In this document: positions 23,220 to 31,949 of the stretch, piece after piece
Layout: each line of letters starts with the position of its first letter
Position numbering within the stretch: position 1 is the stretch's first letter
From: an uncultured Bacteroidales bacterium
Lineage (GTDB): Bacteria > Bacteroidota > Bacteroidia > Bacteroidales > FEN-979
Direction of reading: 5' to 3'
Assembly: GCA_903928285.1 (NCBI GenBank)
Contig: CAIYQH010000184.1
Location: forward strand, 1-32,209
DNA: 32,209 nucleotides
Program-made: the position numbers and the translations under genes
The notes under the pieces: generated by a model
The model's database searches: none
What the model was told of the DNA's origin: nothing
The model's input: only the letters and a program-made list of their open reading frames with translations

Positions 23220-25133
23220 ATGAAAAACCGAACATTCCTTTATTTCCTCCTCGGAGGATTGATCAGCGCCTCCCTGATGCTGGGAGGTTGTAAACCTGCC
23301 AAGCCTGTTCAGGCCAGGCAGATCCCGCTTGAGGATTTCTTTAAGAACCCTGAAAAGGCACGCTACCAGATTTCCCCCGACGGGAAATATTTTTCATACA
23401 TGGCGCCCTATGAAAAGCGCATGAATATTTTCGTCCAGGAGATCGGAACGGATAAGGCCACCCGGCTCACCTCGGAGAAGGACAGGGACATCTCCGGCTA
23501 TTTCTGGAAGAACCCGACCCGGATCGTTTACCTGAAAGATACCGGTGGCGACGAGAACTTCAAACTTTACGGCGTGAGTATCGACGGGTCGAACCTGCAG
23601 TGCTTCACCGATTTCCCGAAGGTAAGGACCGAAATTATTGATGACCTTTACGATTTTCCGGATGAATTGATCATCGGGATGAACAAGCGTAAGGCGGAGA
23701 TCTTCGATCCCTACAGGCTTAATATTGTAACGGGGAAAATGACCCAGCTGGCCGAAAATCCCGGCAATATCCAGGGATGGATCCTCGACCATGAAGGAAA
23801 GCTCAGGGCTGCCACCGCGATCGTCGACGGGGTGAACAACCAGCTGTTATACCGGGAAAAGGAGAGCGATCCCTTTAAGCCGGTGCTGACCACCAGTTTT
23901 AAAGAAAACCTATCTCCTTTGCTCTTCACCTTTGACAACAAGAACATCTTTGCCACTTCGAATCTCGGCAGGGATAAAAATGCGGTGGTGATTTTCGATA
24001 TCGCCAACGGGAAGGAGATTAAAACGCTCTATGAAAACAAGGACTTTGATGTGACTGATGTTACCTGGTCGCATGCGGAAAAGAAGCTGGTTTGTGCCGA
24101 TTTTGAATCCTGGAAGGCGGAACGGTATTATTTTGATGAGAAGGGAAAACAGTTTTTTGAGAAGATCCAGAAGAAGCTGGGTAATTTCATCTTCAGCATC
24201 ACCTCGATGACCAGGGCGGAGGACAAATTCATGATCCGTGCTTACAGCGACCGATCAATGGGAGGATATTACGTGTATGACCGCGCCACGGACAACCTGC
24301 AGAAGATTGCCGATATCAGCCCGTGGCTGAAGGAAGAGGAGCTGGCCGAAATGATTCCCGTTGAATATGCTGCCCGCGACAGCATGAAGATCCAGGGATA
24401 CCTGACCCTTCCGGCAGGATATACCATGGAAACCGCTAAAAATCTGCCGGTCGTCATCAATCCCCATGGCGGTCCCTGGGCCAGGGACAGCTGGTGGTTC
24501 AACCCGGAGGTCCAGTTCCTGGCAAACCGCGGTTATGCCGTTCTCCAGATGAATTTCAGGGGATCAACCGGGTATGGCAGGAAATTCTGGGAGAGATCCT
24601 TTAAACAATGGGGAAAGAGCATGCAGGACGATGTGACCGATGGTACCAACTGGCTGATTTCAAAGGGGATTGCCGATCCGAAACGGGTTGCCGTATATGG
24701 CGGAAGCTATGGCGGCTATGCCACCCTGCAGGCCCTGGTAAGGGAACCCGATCTCTATGCGGCCGGGGTTGACTATGTGGGCGTTTCGAACCTCTTCACC
24801 TTCATGAAGACCGTTCCACCCTATTGGAAACCCATGCTCGACATGTTTTATGAAATGGTCGGAAATCCCAAAGGCGACAGCCTGCAGTTCGTGGCCACCT
24901 CCCCTGCACTGAATGCCGGTAAGATTAAAACGCCGCTGTTTGTTGCCCAGGGGAAAAACGATCCCCGCGTGAATATCAACGAATCGAATCAGATCGTGGA
25001 GGCGCTGAAAAAACGCAACATTGCCGTTCAGTATATGGTCAAAGACAATGAAGGACATGGTTTTCATAACGAGGAAAACAGGTTCGATTTTTACAGGGCC
25101 ATGGAGAAATTCCTGGGAGAACATCTGAAATAG
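23220..25133 (+). CDS. S9-family serine peptidase (prolyl oligopeptidase / dipeptidyl aminopeptidase type), lipoprotein
   Basis: Lipoprotein signal 'LISASLMLGGC', followed by an N-terminal beta-propeller-like region. Catalytic motifs are 'VYGGSYGGYAT' (Ser), 'AQGKNDPRV' (Asp) and 'NEGHGF' (His). Confidence 0.9.
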   Translation: MKNRTFLYFLLGGLISASLMLGGCKPAKPVQARQIPLEDFFKNPEKARYQISPDGKYFSYMAPYEKRMNIFVQEIGTDKATRLTSEKDRDISGYFWKNPTRIVYLKDTGGDENFKLYGVSIDGSNLQCFTDFPKVRTEIIDDLYDFPDELIIGMNKRKAEIFDPYRLNIVTGKMTQLAENPGNIQGWILDHEGKLRAATAIVDGVNNQLLYREKESDPFKPVLTTSFKENLSPLLFTFDNKNIFATSNLGRDKNAVVIFDIANGKEIKTLYENKDFDVTDVTWSHAEKKLVCADFESWKAERYYFDEKGKQFFEKIQKKLGNFIFSITSMTRAEDKFMIRAYSDRSMGGYYVYDRATDNLQKIADISPWLKEEELAEMIPVEYAARDSMKIQGYLTLPAGYTMETAKNLPVVINPHGGPWARDSWWFNPEVQFLANRGYAVLQMNFRGSTGYGRKFWERSFKQWGKSMQDDVTDGTNWLISKGIADPKRVAVYGGSYGGYATLQALVREPDLYAAGVDYVGVSNLFTFMKTVPPYWKPMLDMFYEMVGNPKGDSLQFVATSPALNAGKIKTPLFVAQGKNDPRVNINESNQIVEALKKRNIAVQYMVKDNEGHGFHNEENRFDFYRAMEKFLGEHLK

Positions 25134-25169
25134 TACTCCGGTTGTAATGGCGGCTGACCTTTCATTGTG

Positions 25170-25216
25170 CCTTCTCTGTGTTTTTGTGACTTTAAAGCAC
25201 GAAGACACAGAGAAGG
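25170..25216. terminator. Long hairpin between convergent genes (likely bidirectional terminator)
   Basis: Perfect 12-bp stem CCTTCTCTGTGT (25170-25181) / ACACAGAGAAGG (25205-25216), extendable by G-U pairs, with a 23-nt partly self-paired loop. It lies between the peptidase stop (25133) and the manC stop (25280). Confidence 0.6.
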
Positions 25217-25279
25217 TGCCATTTCATAAAGAAGGGACGGAAAGGTTTTCAGGGTTTCCGGTAAAAGAAGCGGAAGGTC

Positions 25280-26383
25280 TTAAACGTACTTTTCCCCCTT
25301 TTCGAGCATTACGTCGTTGACAAACTGCCGTATCTGCTGTTCATCCGTTTTGCGGCAAACCAACAGAACATTATCCGACTCCACGACGATGTAGTCGTTG
25401 AGTCCTTCGAGCACCACCAGCTTGTCTTTGGGCATGTTGACAATACAGTTTGAGGATTCGTAGAGCATGACATTCCTGCCCACCACCGTATTGCCGAGGT
25501 CGTCTTTCGGGCGGTTTTCGTAAAGAGAGCCCCAGGTGCCAAGGTCCGACCAGCCAAAGTCGGCCGCAAGTACATAGACATTCTCGGCCTGCTCCATCAG
25601 TCCGTAGTCAACCGAAATGCTCTTGCAAACAGTATAAGTAGCGGCAATGAATGCCCTTTCCTCCTTGGTGCCATATTTCCCGATTCCCTTTTTAAAAAGC
25701 ACGTCCACTTCGGGCAGGTGTTTTGCAAAAGCTTTCATTATCGTTTTGAGCGACCAGATAAAGATCCCGGCATTCCACAGGAAGTCGCCGCATTTCAGGA
25801 ATGTTTCGGCGAGTTCAAGATTGGGTTTTTCGGTGAAGGTCTTTACTTTTTTGATATGTTTTTCTTTAGGATAGACATCCTTTTTCCCATCCACATACTG
25901 AATATAACCGTAGCCGGTATCGGGGCGGCTGGGGCGGATGCCAAGGGTCAGCAGCCAGTCATTCTCGCCGGCGGCGGCGAGCGCAGCTTCGAGGTTTTCG
26001 ATGAAAATATCCTCTTTCAGGATGATATGATCGGAGGGGGCAACCACGATCCTGGCTTCCGGATCCCTTGCCAGGATGCAGTAGTTGGCATAGGCTATAC
26101 AGGGAGCCGTGTTGCGGCGCGAGGGTTCCAGCAGGATCTGTGTGCTGGCCATCTCCGGGATCTGCTTCATAACCAGCGACTGGTAGATTTCATTGGTGAC
26201 AATGTAGATGTTCTCCTTCGGACAGATCCGCTTTAACCGTTTATAGGTTTGCTGGATCAGGGTCTCCCCGGTTCCGAGAATATCGATAAATTGCTTGGGA
26301 TGGGTAGTCCGGCTCATGGGCCAGAACCGGGCGCCAATGCCACCTGCCATGATCACGCAGAAATTGTGTTTCGATTTCGCCAT
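25280..26383 (-). CDS. manC: Mannose-1-phosphate guanylyltransferase (nucleotidyltransferase-only form)
   Basis: N-terminal 'VIMAGGIGARFWPMSR' (GGxGxRxWP). 367 aa, with the left-handed-helix-free ManC layout. Confidence 0.85.
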   Translation of the reverse strand: MAKSKHNFCVIMAGGIGARFWPMSRTTHPKQFIDILGTGETLIQQTYKRLKRICPKENIYIVTNEIYQSLVMKQIPEMASTQILLEPSRRNTAPCIAYANYCILARDPEARIVVAPSDHIILKEDIFIENLEAALAAAGENDWLLTLGIRPSRPDTGYGYIQYVDGKKDVYPKEKHIKKVKTFTEKPNLELAETFLKCGDFLWNAGIFIWSLKTIMKAFAKHLPEVDVLFKKGIGKYGTKEERAFIAATYTVCKSISVDYGLMEQAENVYVLAADFGWSDLGTWGSLYENRPKDDLGNTVVGRNVMLYESSNCIVNMPKDKLVVLEGLNDYIVVESDNVLLVCRKTDEQQIRQFVNDVMLEKGEKYV

Positions 26384-26406
26384 GTCGCTGGGGGTTTAAA
26401 TTTATA

Positions 26407-26437
26407 CAAACATACGGAACTATATGCAAAAAGCAAA
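26407..26437 (-). promoter_or_regulatory. Bacteroidota-type promoter for manC
   Basis: On the minus strand: TTTG (26437-26434), a 19-nt spacer, then TATGTTTG (26414-26407). The box ends 23 nt before the ATG at 26383. Confidence 0.45.
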
Positions 26438-26498
26438 TGGCAAAAAATATAATGCAATGGGATACTTACAGGGGTTAATCGCGCTTATGATGGAATTG

Positions 26499-27203
26499 TT
26501 ATTCACTTACCCTGATTACCGGCGCCCCCGGGCTCACCAGGTAGATACGGTTTGTCTGCAGGCAGAGACAGCGATACCGGGTTCTGATCTTCTCCTTTTT
26601 CCGGAAGAACCGTTTTCCGTGAAGGGTGAAGACTGCATCGAACGGAAGCTCCTCCAGACGGGTGGTCAGGTCGGGAGGATCGTATTGTTTCAGCGCTTTT
26701 GACAGCAGGTGATCGGCCGAAGAGGAGGCTTTGGGGTTTTCCATGTAGCGGCTGACAACCGGCAGGATGTCGGGGGGGAAAACATCAGCGTTAAGGCAGG
26801 GTTTCATCAGCTGGCCGAATTTGTTTTTCCACTCCCTGCCATGGGGCAGCGGACGGGTTTTCCGCCGTAGGGTGAATTTTTTCAACGTCGCTTCGTGGTC
26901 GAGCCAGGCATGGTGATGCGCCAGCTCGTGAACCAGCGTGATCAGAAAGGCAAAGGAGTTCAGATTCCCGTTAACGGTGATTCTTCCTGGGCTTCCCTTT
27001 TGCGGCGGCCTGAAATCACCCGATTTTGAGGTTCGGTGGCGCACTACGGTGAGATTTATTGGTCTCTGCTGGATCAGTATGACGACATATTCCAGTGCAG
27101 ATTCAGGAAGATAGGGGCCCAACACCGACCTGATCTTTTCTCCCGCAATGGAAGGAGGTGTCCTTACAACGGGTGGTACTGGCTGGAAAAGTGAAAGTTG
27201 CAC
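26499..27203 (-). CDS. SprT-like zinc metalloprotease domain protein
   Basis: HExxH motif 'LVHELAHHHAW' in a SprT-like context ('NSFAFLITLVHELAHH'). GTG start at 27203, with no in-frame ATG nearby. Confidence 0.7.
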   Translation of the reverse strand: MQLSLFQPVPPVVRTPPSIAGEKIRSVLGPYLPESALEYVVILIQQRPINLTVVRHRTSKSGDFRPPQKGSPGRITVNGNLNSFAFLITLVHELAHHHAWLDHEATLKKFTLRRKTRPLPHGREWKNKFGQLMKPCLNADVFPPDILPVVSRYMENPKASSSADHLLSKALKQYDPPDLTTRLEELPFDAVFTLHGKRFFRKKEKIRTRYRCLCLQTNRIYLVSPGAPVIRVSE

Positions 27204-27211
27204 GGAGATCC

Positions 27212-27352
27212 TTATTTAAAGCTGGGACAGTTGCATCGCTTCGGATGCGATGCCTGGTGGGTGGTGAACCGCTGGGAAGTGCATGAACCGGCCAGTGCCA
27301 GAAGCATCAGCGCAAACATACCCATCATGAACCGGAACCTGATTTTCTTCAT
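27212..27352 (-). CDS. Unannotated 46-aa ORF: putative mini-lipoprotein
   Basis: Hand translation gives MKKIRFRFMMGMFALMLLALAGSCTSQRFTTHQASHPKRCNCPSFK*. It has a basic n-region, a hydrophobic core and a lipobox-like 'LAGS|C'. The ATG is at 27352. The TAA stop at 27212-27214 ends 8 nt before the SprT-like GTG. Confidence 0.4.
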   Translation of the reverse strand: MKKIRFRFMMGMFALMLLALAGSCTSQRFTTHQASHPKRCNCPSFK

Positions 27353-27498
27353 CTGCCAGAATTTAATCGTAAAGGTACTGAAAAATCTTCAACCATCTCC
27401 ATCTCCCTCCCCATTTCCCCTGTCAGGCATCCCATTTCACTTTTTACTGATCATAAACGCAGATTCCCCGAAATTTGGTATTTTTACAAAAACATTTT

Positions 27499-28242
27499 AT
27501 GCCGAAGATATTCACCACGATCGGGATGTATGTGCTCCTGATGCAAAAGGTATTCAGCAGGCCGCAGAAGCGGAGGATCTACTGGCAGCAGCTGTTGACG
27601 GAGATCAACAGCCTGGGCCTGGAGTCGCTGGGGATCGTCGCCTTCATCTCGGCCTTTATGGGGGCGGTGGTTGCCATCCAGACTGCCTTCAACATTACCA
27701 GCCCGCTGATTCCCCTGTCGATGGTAGGCTTTACGGTCAGACAGAGCGTCATTCTCGAATTTTCGCCTACCGTTATCAGCCTGATCCTGGCCGGAAAGGT
27801 GGGATCGCGCATTGCCTCTGAAATCGGCACCATGAGGGTGACCGAACAGATCGATGCCCTGGAGATCATGGGGGTGAATTCGGCAAACTACCTGATCTTT
27901 CCAAAGATCACCGCCCTGATCCTGATCAACCCTGTATTGATCGTTTTCAGCATGTGGATGGGTATCCTGGGAGGCTGGCTTGCCATGGTCGCCACCAGCC
28001 TGGTCTCAACCAACGATTTTGTCCAGGGCATCCGGGTCGATTTCCAGGGATACACGATTTTCTATGCCATCACAAAGACTGTGTTTTTTGCCTATATCAT
28101 CTCCTCTGTTTCGGGTTTTTATGGCTATATCACAAACGGTGGAGCGTTGGAGGTTGGTCAGGCCAGCACCAAGGCTGTTGTTTTCAGCAGTGTCATCATC
28201 ATCCTGTTTAACCTGGTATTAACGCAACTCCTGCTCACATGA
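27499..28242 (+). CDS. mlaE: MlaE-family ABC transporter permease
   Basis: The N-terminus 'MPKIFTTIGMYVLLMQKVFSRPQKRRIYWQQLLTEINSLGLESLGIV' and 'RVTEQIDALEIMGVNS' are typical of MlaE/Ttg2B. The ATG is at 27499 (the track start at 27475 is TTG). ATGA overlap with the ATPase gene. Confidence 0.85.
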   Translation: MPKIFTTIGMYVLLMQKVFSRPQKRRIYWQQLLTEINSLGLESLGIVAFISAFMGAVVAIQTAFNITSPLIPLSMVGFTVRQSVILEFSPTVISLILAGKVGSRIASEIGTMRVTEQIDALEIMGVNSANYLIFPKITALILINPVLIVFSMWMGILGGWLAMVATSLVSTNDFVQGIRVDFQGYTIFYAITKTVFFAYIISSVSGFYGYITNGGALEVGQASTKAVVFSSVIIILFNLVLTQLLLT

Positions 28243-28988
28243 TCGAAGCCCGCAATATCAACAAGACTTTCGGGGAACATCATGTTCTGAAAGATGTCTC
28301 CTGCATTTTCGAAAAAGGTAAAACAAACCTTATCATCGGGCAAAGCGGCTCGGGAAAGACAGTCCTGATGAAGTGCCTGGTCGGGCTGTTTGAAGTCGAC
28401 AACGGGATGGTTACTTATGATGACCGTAATTTCACCACGATGAACTTCGAACAGCGCAAAACACTGAGGCAGGAGATTGGTATGCTCTTTCAGGGAGGGG
28501 CTCTTTTCGACTCGATGAATGTTGAGGAAAATGTGATGTTCCCGCTGAACATGTTCACTTCGCAATCGGGAAGGGAAAAACTTGAAAGGGTAAACTTTGT
28601 GCTGAACAGGGTCAATCTCGAAAAGGTGAACCACCTGATGCCCTCCGAATTGAGCGGGGGTATGCGTAAGCGCGTTGCCATCGCCCGTGCCATCGCCATG
28701 AAGCCGCACTATCTTTTCTGTGATGAACCCAATTCGGGGCTCGATCCGCACACCTCCGGCGTGATCGATCATCTCATCCAGGAGATCACCGAAGAATATG
28801 AGATCACCACCATTGTCAATACCCACGACATGAATTCGGTGCTCAGTATCGGCGACAGCGTGGCCTACATTTATGAGGGAAGACTCTGGTGGAAGGGAAA
28901 CAAGGAGACCATCCTGCATACCGACAATGCCGAACTCAACGAATTTGTCTTTGGCACGGAGCTGACCTCAAGGTTAAAACGTTCATAA
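28239..28988 (+). CDS. mlaF: MlaF-like ABC transporter ATP-binding protein
   Basis: Walker A 'GQSGSGKT', signature 'LSGGMRKRVAIARA' and Walker B 'LFCDEPNSGLDP' are present. Confidence 0.9.
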   Translation: MIEARNINKTFGEHHVLKDVSCIFEKGKTNLIIGQSGSGKTVLMKCLVGLFEVDNGMVTYDDRNFTTMNFEQRKTLRQEIGMLFQGGALFDSMNVEENVMFPLNMFTSQSGREKLERVNFVLNRVNLEKVNHLMPSELSGGMRKRVAIARAIAMKPHYLFCDEPNSGLDPHTSGVIDHLIQEITEEYEITTIVNTHDMNSVLSIGDSVAYIYEGRLWWKGNKETILHTDNAELNEFVFGTELTSRLKRS

Positions 28989-28989
28989 G

Positions 28990-29544
28990 ATGTCATTGAA
29001 TTATATCGATTATGTTATCCTGGCCATCCTGGCGCTCTTCCTGATCCTGGGCTACCGCAAAGGCATTATTGTCGGACTGGCTACCATCGTGGCCCTGATC
29101 CTGGGGATTTATGCCGCGGTCCATTTCTCGAATTACCTGGATGCCACCCTGATGGAACACCTGCACCCATCCCGGAAATGGCTGCCCATCCTCTCCTTTT
29201 CCATCACCTTTATCCTGGTGGTCATCATCGTGATGATCGTAGCCAAACTGGCAGAGAAGCTGGCGGATATGGTCGGCATGGGCTTTTTCAACCACCTGGG
29301 AGGGGCTTTGCTCGGACTTGCCAAAGGAGTTATCCTGGTGAGTGTTCTGCTTTTCCTGAACCAGAGTCTGGATCCCGGCGGAAAATGGATTTCCGACAGG
29401 GACAGGAAGGAGTCGTGGTTTTATGACAGGGTCGCCGCGGTATTTCCGGCCATGATGAAGACCTTCGGCAGGGAGATCAGATTTCCTGAAAAACTGGGCT
29501 GCCGCAACTTAAATGACACGAATGAGGAATGTATGTTTTTTTAA
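28990..29544 (+). CDS. cvpA: CvpA-family membrane protein (colicin V production protein family)
   Basis: 184 aa with four TM helices. The N-terminus is 'NYIDYVILAILALFLILGYRKGII'. Confidence 0.75.
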   Translation: MSLNYIDYVILAILALFLILGYRKGIIVGLATIVALILGIYAAVHFSNYLDATLMEHLHPSRKWLPILSFSITFILVVIIVMIVAKLAEKLADMVGMGFFNHLGGALLGLAKGVILVSVLLFLNQSLDPGGKWISDRDRKESWFYDRVAAVFPAMMKTFGREIRFPEKLGCRNLNDTNEECMFF

Positions 29545-30634
29545 TACCGTCAGTTTCTGGGGGGGCGGTGAAAAGCTGCATCTGGAATATGCCCTGAAAT
29601 TCAAAGAGCGCGACTACAACGTTTGCCTGGCCACAGGCAAGGGTTCTCCGCTTGCCCTGAAGGCGGAACAGGCGGGACTTGCGATCTTTGACATCCGTGC
29701 CGGCAACCTCTCCTTTTTAAACCCGCTGAAATATCTACGGCTCTATCGTTTCTATAAAACTGAAAAGATCGATACGGTAATCTTTTCCGGCTCCCCCGAC
29801 CTCAAACTCGGGGGATTTGCCGCAAAATTGTCAGGCGTCGCGAATATCGTTTACCTGCGCGGTCTCGCCGCACCCGTGAAAAACTCCCTCATCAACAGGA
29901 TCCTCTTCAGCCGGGTGTTGACCCATATTGTCGCGAATTCGGAGGAGACCAGGAGGACAATTTTGCAAAACCTGAAAACTTCGGTTGATGAACGTAAGGT
30001 TAATGTTATCTATCACGGGATCGACCTTGAGCTGTTTGACAGCAGGATCGGATCGGAGATCCCTGCCGTGTTCCGCAACAGGCCCGGGATCCTGCTGGGC
30101 AATGCCGGGCGGCTGACCTCGCAAAAAGGGCAGCAATATCTGGTTGAAATGGCCCGGAGGCTGAAGCAGAAAAATATCAGCTTTACCTTGTTTATTGCCG
30201 GTACCGGTGAGATGAAGCAGGAGCTTGAGAAGATGATCGGCGCATATGATCTGCAAAAGGAGGTTGTGCTGATGGGTTTCGTGGAGGAGGTCGAAACCTT
30301 CATGCATGCCATCGATATTTTCATCCTGACCTCCCTGTGGGAAGGGTTCGGCTATGTAATCGTGGAGGCGATGGCAGCGTGTAAACCTGCCATTGCATTT
30401 GATATTTCAAGTAATCCCGAAATTATCGAAGACAACCACACGGGGCTGCTGGTTGATTTTCCTGACATGGAGATGTTCTGCGATAAGGTGGAGTCGCTGA
30501 TCAGGGATGAATCCCTCCGTCGGCAGTTTGGAAGAAATGGCAGGGAAAGGGTTGAAAAATGTTTTCAGCTGGATGACAGGATCACAGAATTTGAAAACTA
30601 CCTGCTAAACGGGCCGGCTTCAGATTCCATCTAA
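29522..30634 (+). CDS. GT4-family (GT-B) glycosyltransferase
   Basis: 'GRLTSQKG' and the EX7E region 'WEGFGYVIVEAMAACKPAIAFD' are present. The start is either the ATG at 29522 (MRNVCFFNT...) or at 29513; both overlap the cvpA 3' end. Confidence 0.85.
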   Translation: MRNVCFFNTVSFWGGGEKLHLEYALKFKERDYNVCLATGKGSPLALKAEQAGLAIFDIRAGNLSFLNPLKYLRLYRFYKTEKIDTVIFSGSPDLKLGGFAAKLSGVANIVYLRGLAAPVKNSLINRILFSRVLTHIVANSEETRRTILQNLKTSVDERKVNVIYHGIDLELFDSRIGSEIPAVFRNRPGILLGNAGRLTSQKGQQYLVEMARRLKQKNISFTLFIAGTGEMKQELEKMIGAYDLQKEVVLMGFVEEVETFMHAIDIFILTSLWEGFGYVIVEAMAACKPAIAFDISSNPEIIEDNHTGLLVDFPDMEMFCDKVESLIRDESLRRQFGRNGRERVEKCFQLDDRITEFENYLLNGPASDSI

Positions 30635-30665
30635 AAATAGAGTTTCAGGATGTGAAGGATCCCTG

Positions 30666-31856
30666 TTAATCCAGGATTGCTTTGATCCCCGGAAGTTGTT
30701 TTCCTTCGATATATTCGAGCATGGCCCCGCCGCCGGTTGACACATAGCTTACCTTGCCAGCAAGCTCGTATTTGTTGATTGCCGCCACGGAATCGCCGCC
30801 GCCTACCAGGGTGAAGGTGCCGTTTTCGGTGGCTTTTGCCAGGGCAAGGGCAATCGATTTTGTTCCGGCTTCGAAGTTGTTCATTTCGAACACACCCATC
30901 GGGCCATTCCAGAGTATCGTACCCGACTGCTCGATCACCAGGTTGAATTTCTGGCAGGAGGCCGGTCCGATGTCGAGACCCATCCAGGGAACCTGGATCT
31001 CATAGGCGCTGCTGGTACGGATGTTGGCATCGTTTGAAAATGTGTCGGCCAGAATGGCATCGGGGGGGATGTAGAGATTAACGCCCATTGATTTAGCCCG
31101 CTCCACGATGCTTTTAGCCATATCCACGAAATCATCCTCCACCATCGAGGCGCCGATTTCGCCGCCCAGCGCCTTGATAAAGGTAAACATCATCCCGCCG
31201 CCGATGATCAGGTTGTCGACCTTGTCCATCAGGTGATTGATGATCTCGATTTTCGTTGAAACCTTGGCGCCACCAAGGATAGCGGTGAATGGACGTTTTG
31301 CCTCTTTCAGGCATTTGTCGATGTTGATGATCTCATTGGCCATTACATAGCCGAACATCTTTTTTTGGGGAAAGAACTCGGCGATGATCGCCGTGGAGGC
31401 ATGTGCGCGATGGGCTGTCCCAAAGGCATCATTGACATAGAGGTCGCCCAGGGCAGCCAGTTTTTGGGCAAAGCCCCGGTCGCCCTTTTCCTCCTCCTTG
31501 TAAAACCTGAGATTTTCAAGCAGCAGCACCTCGCCGGGTTTCAGTGAAGCGGCCAGCTCGGTGGCCGATGGCCCGATACAGTCGTCGGCGAATTTCACCG
31601 GGCGGTTCAGTTTTTTTGAAAGGTAGGGTATGACATGCTTCAGGGAATATTTCTCTTCCGGGCCACCCTTTGGACGACCCAGGTGCGACATCAGGATCAC
31701 CGCCCCGCCGTCGTTGAGGATCTTGGTAATGGTGGGGATGGTCGCGTCAATGCGGGAGGTATCCGTAATTTGCTGCTGGCCGTCGAGGGGTACATTAAAA
31801 TCGACCCTGATGAGCGCTTTCATGCCGTTAAAGCTAAAATTATCAATGGTTTGCAT
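30666..31856 (-). CDS. pgk: Phosphoglycerate kinase
   Basis: '[11 protein letters not shown]', 'MSHLGRPKG' and 'VGGGDSVAA' are present. Start assigned to the ATG at 31856 (MQTIDNFSF...), giving 396 aa. The track's 55-codon upstream extension overlaps the divergent gene and promoter. Confidence 0.93.
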   Translation of the reverse strand: MQTIDNFSFNGMKALIRVDFNVPLDGQQQITDTSRIDATIPTITKILNDGGAVILMSHLGRPKGGPEEKYSLKHVIPYLSKKLNRPVKFADDCIGPSATELAASLKPGEVLLLENLRFYKEEEKGDRGFAQKLAALGDLYVNDAFGTAHRAHASTAIIAEFFPQKKMFGYVMANEIINIDKCLKEAKRPFTAILGGAKVSTKIEIINHLMDKVDNLIIGGGMMFTFIKALGGEIGASMVEDDFVDMAKSIVERAKSMGVNLYIPPDAILADTFSNDANIRTSSAYEIQVPWMGLDIGPASCQKFNLVIEQSGTILWNGPMGVFEMNNFEAGTKSIALALAKATENGTFTLVGGGDSVAAINKYELAGKVSYVSTGGGAMLEYIEGKQLPGIKAILD

Positions 31857-31882
31857 TTTCTTAATCATTTGGATTTCACAGG

Positions 31883-31890
31883 CAAAATTA
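31883..31890 (-). promoter_or_regulatory. Candidate -7 box (TAATTTTG) for pgk
   Basis: The plus-strand CAAAATTA equals TAATTTTG on the minus strand, ending 26 nt upstream of the pgk ATG. No clear -33 TTTG is present. Confidence 0.35.
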
Positions 31891-31949
31891 AAATATTTAA
31901 GAACGGCAACGCAGATATTTTTAATTTTACCCGTTTTTAAACCCTTGCC

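Noticed and set aside
27198-27821. 207-aa + strand ORF spanning the intergenic gap and the 5' part of mlaE out of frame
   Set aside because: It runs antisense through the mini-lipoprotein ORF and out of frame through the well-supported MlaE permease, with no family features.
28158-28919. 253-aa minus-strand ORF antisense to the ABC ATPase
   Set aside because: The sense strand has Walker A, signature and Walker B motifs in the correct order. The antisense product has no recognisable features.
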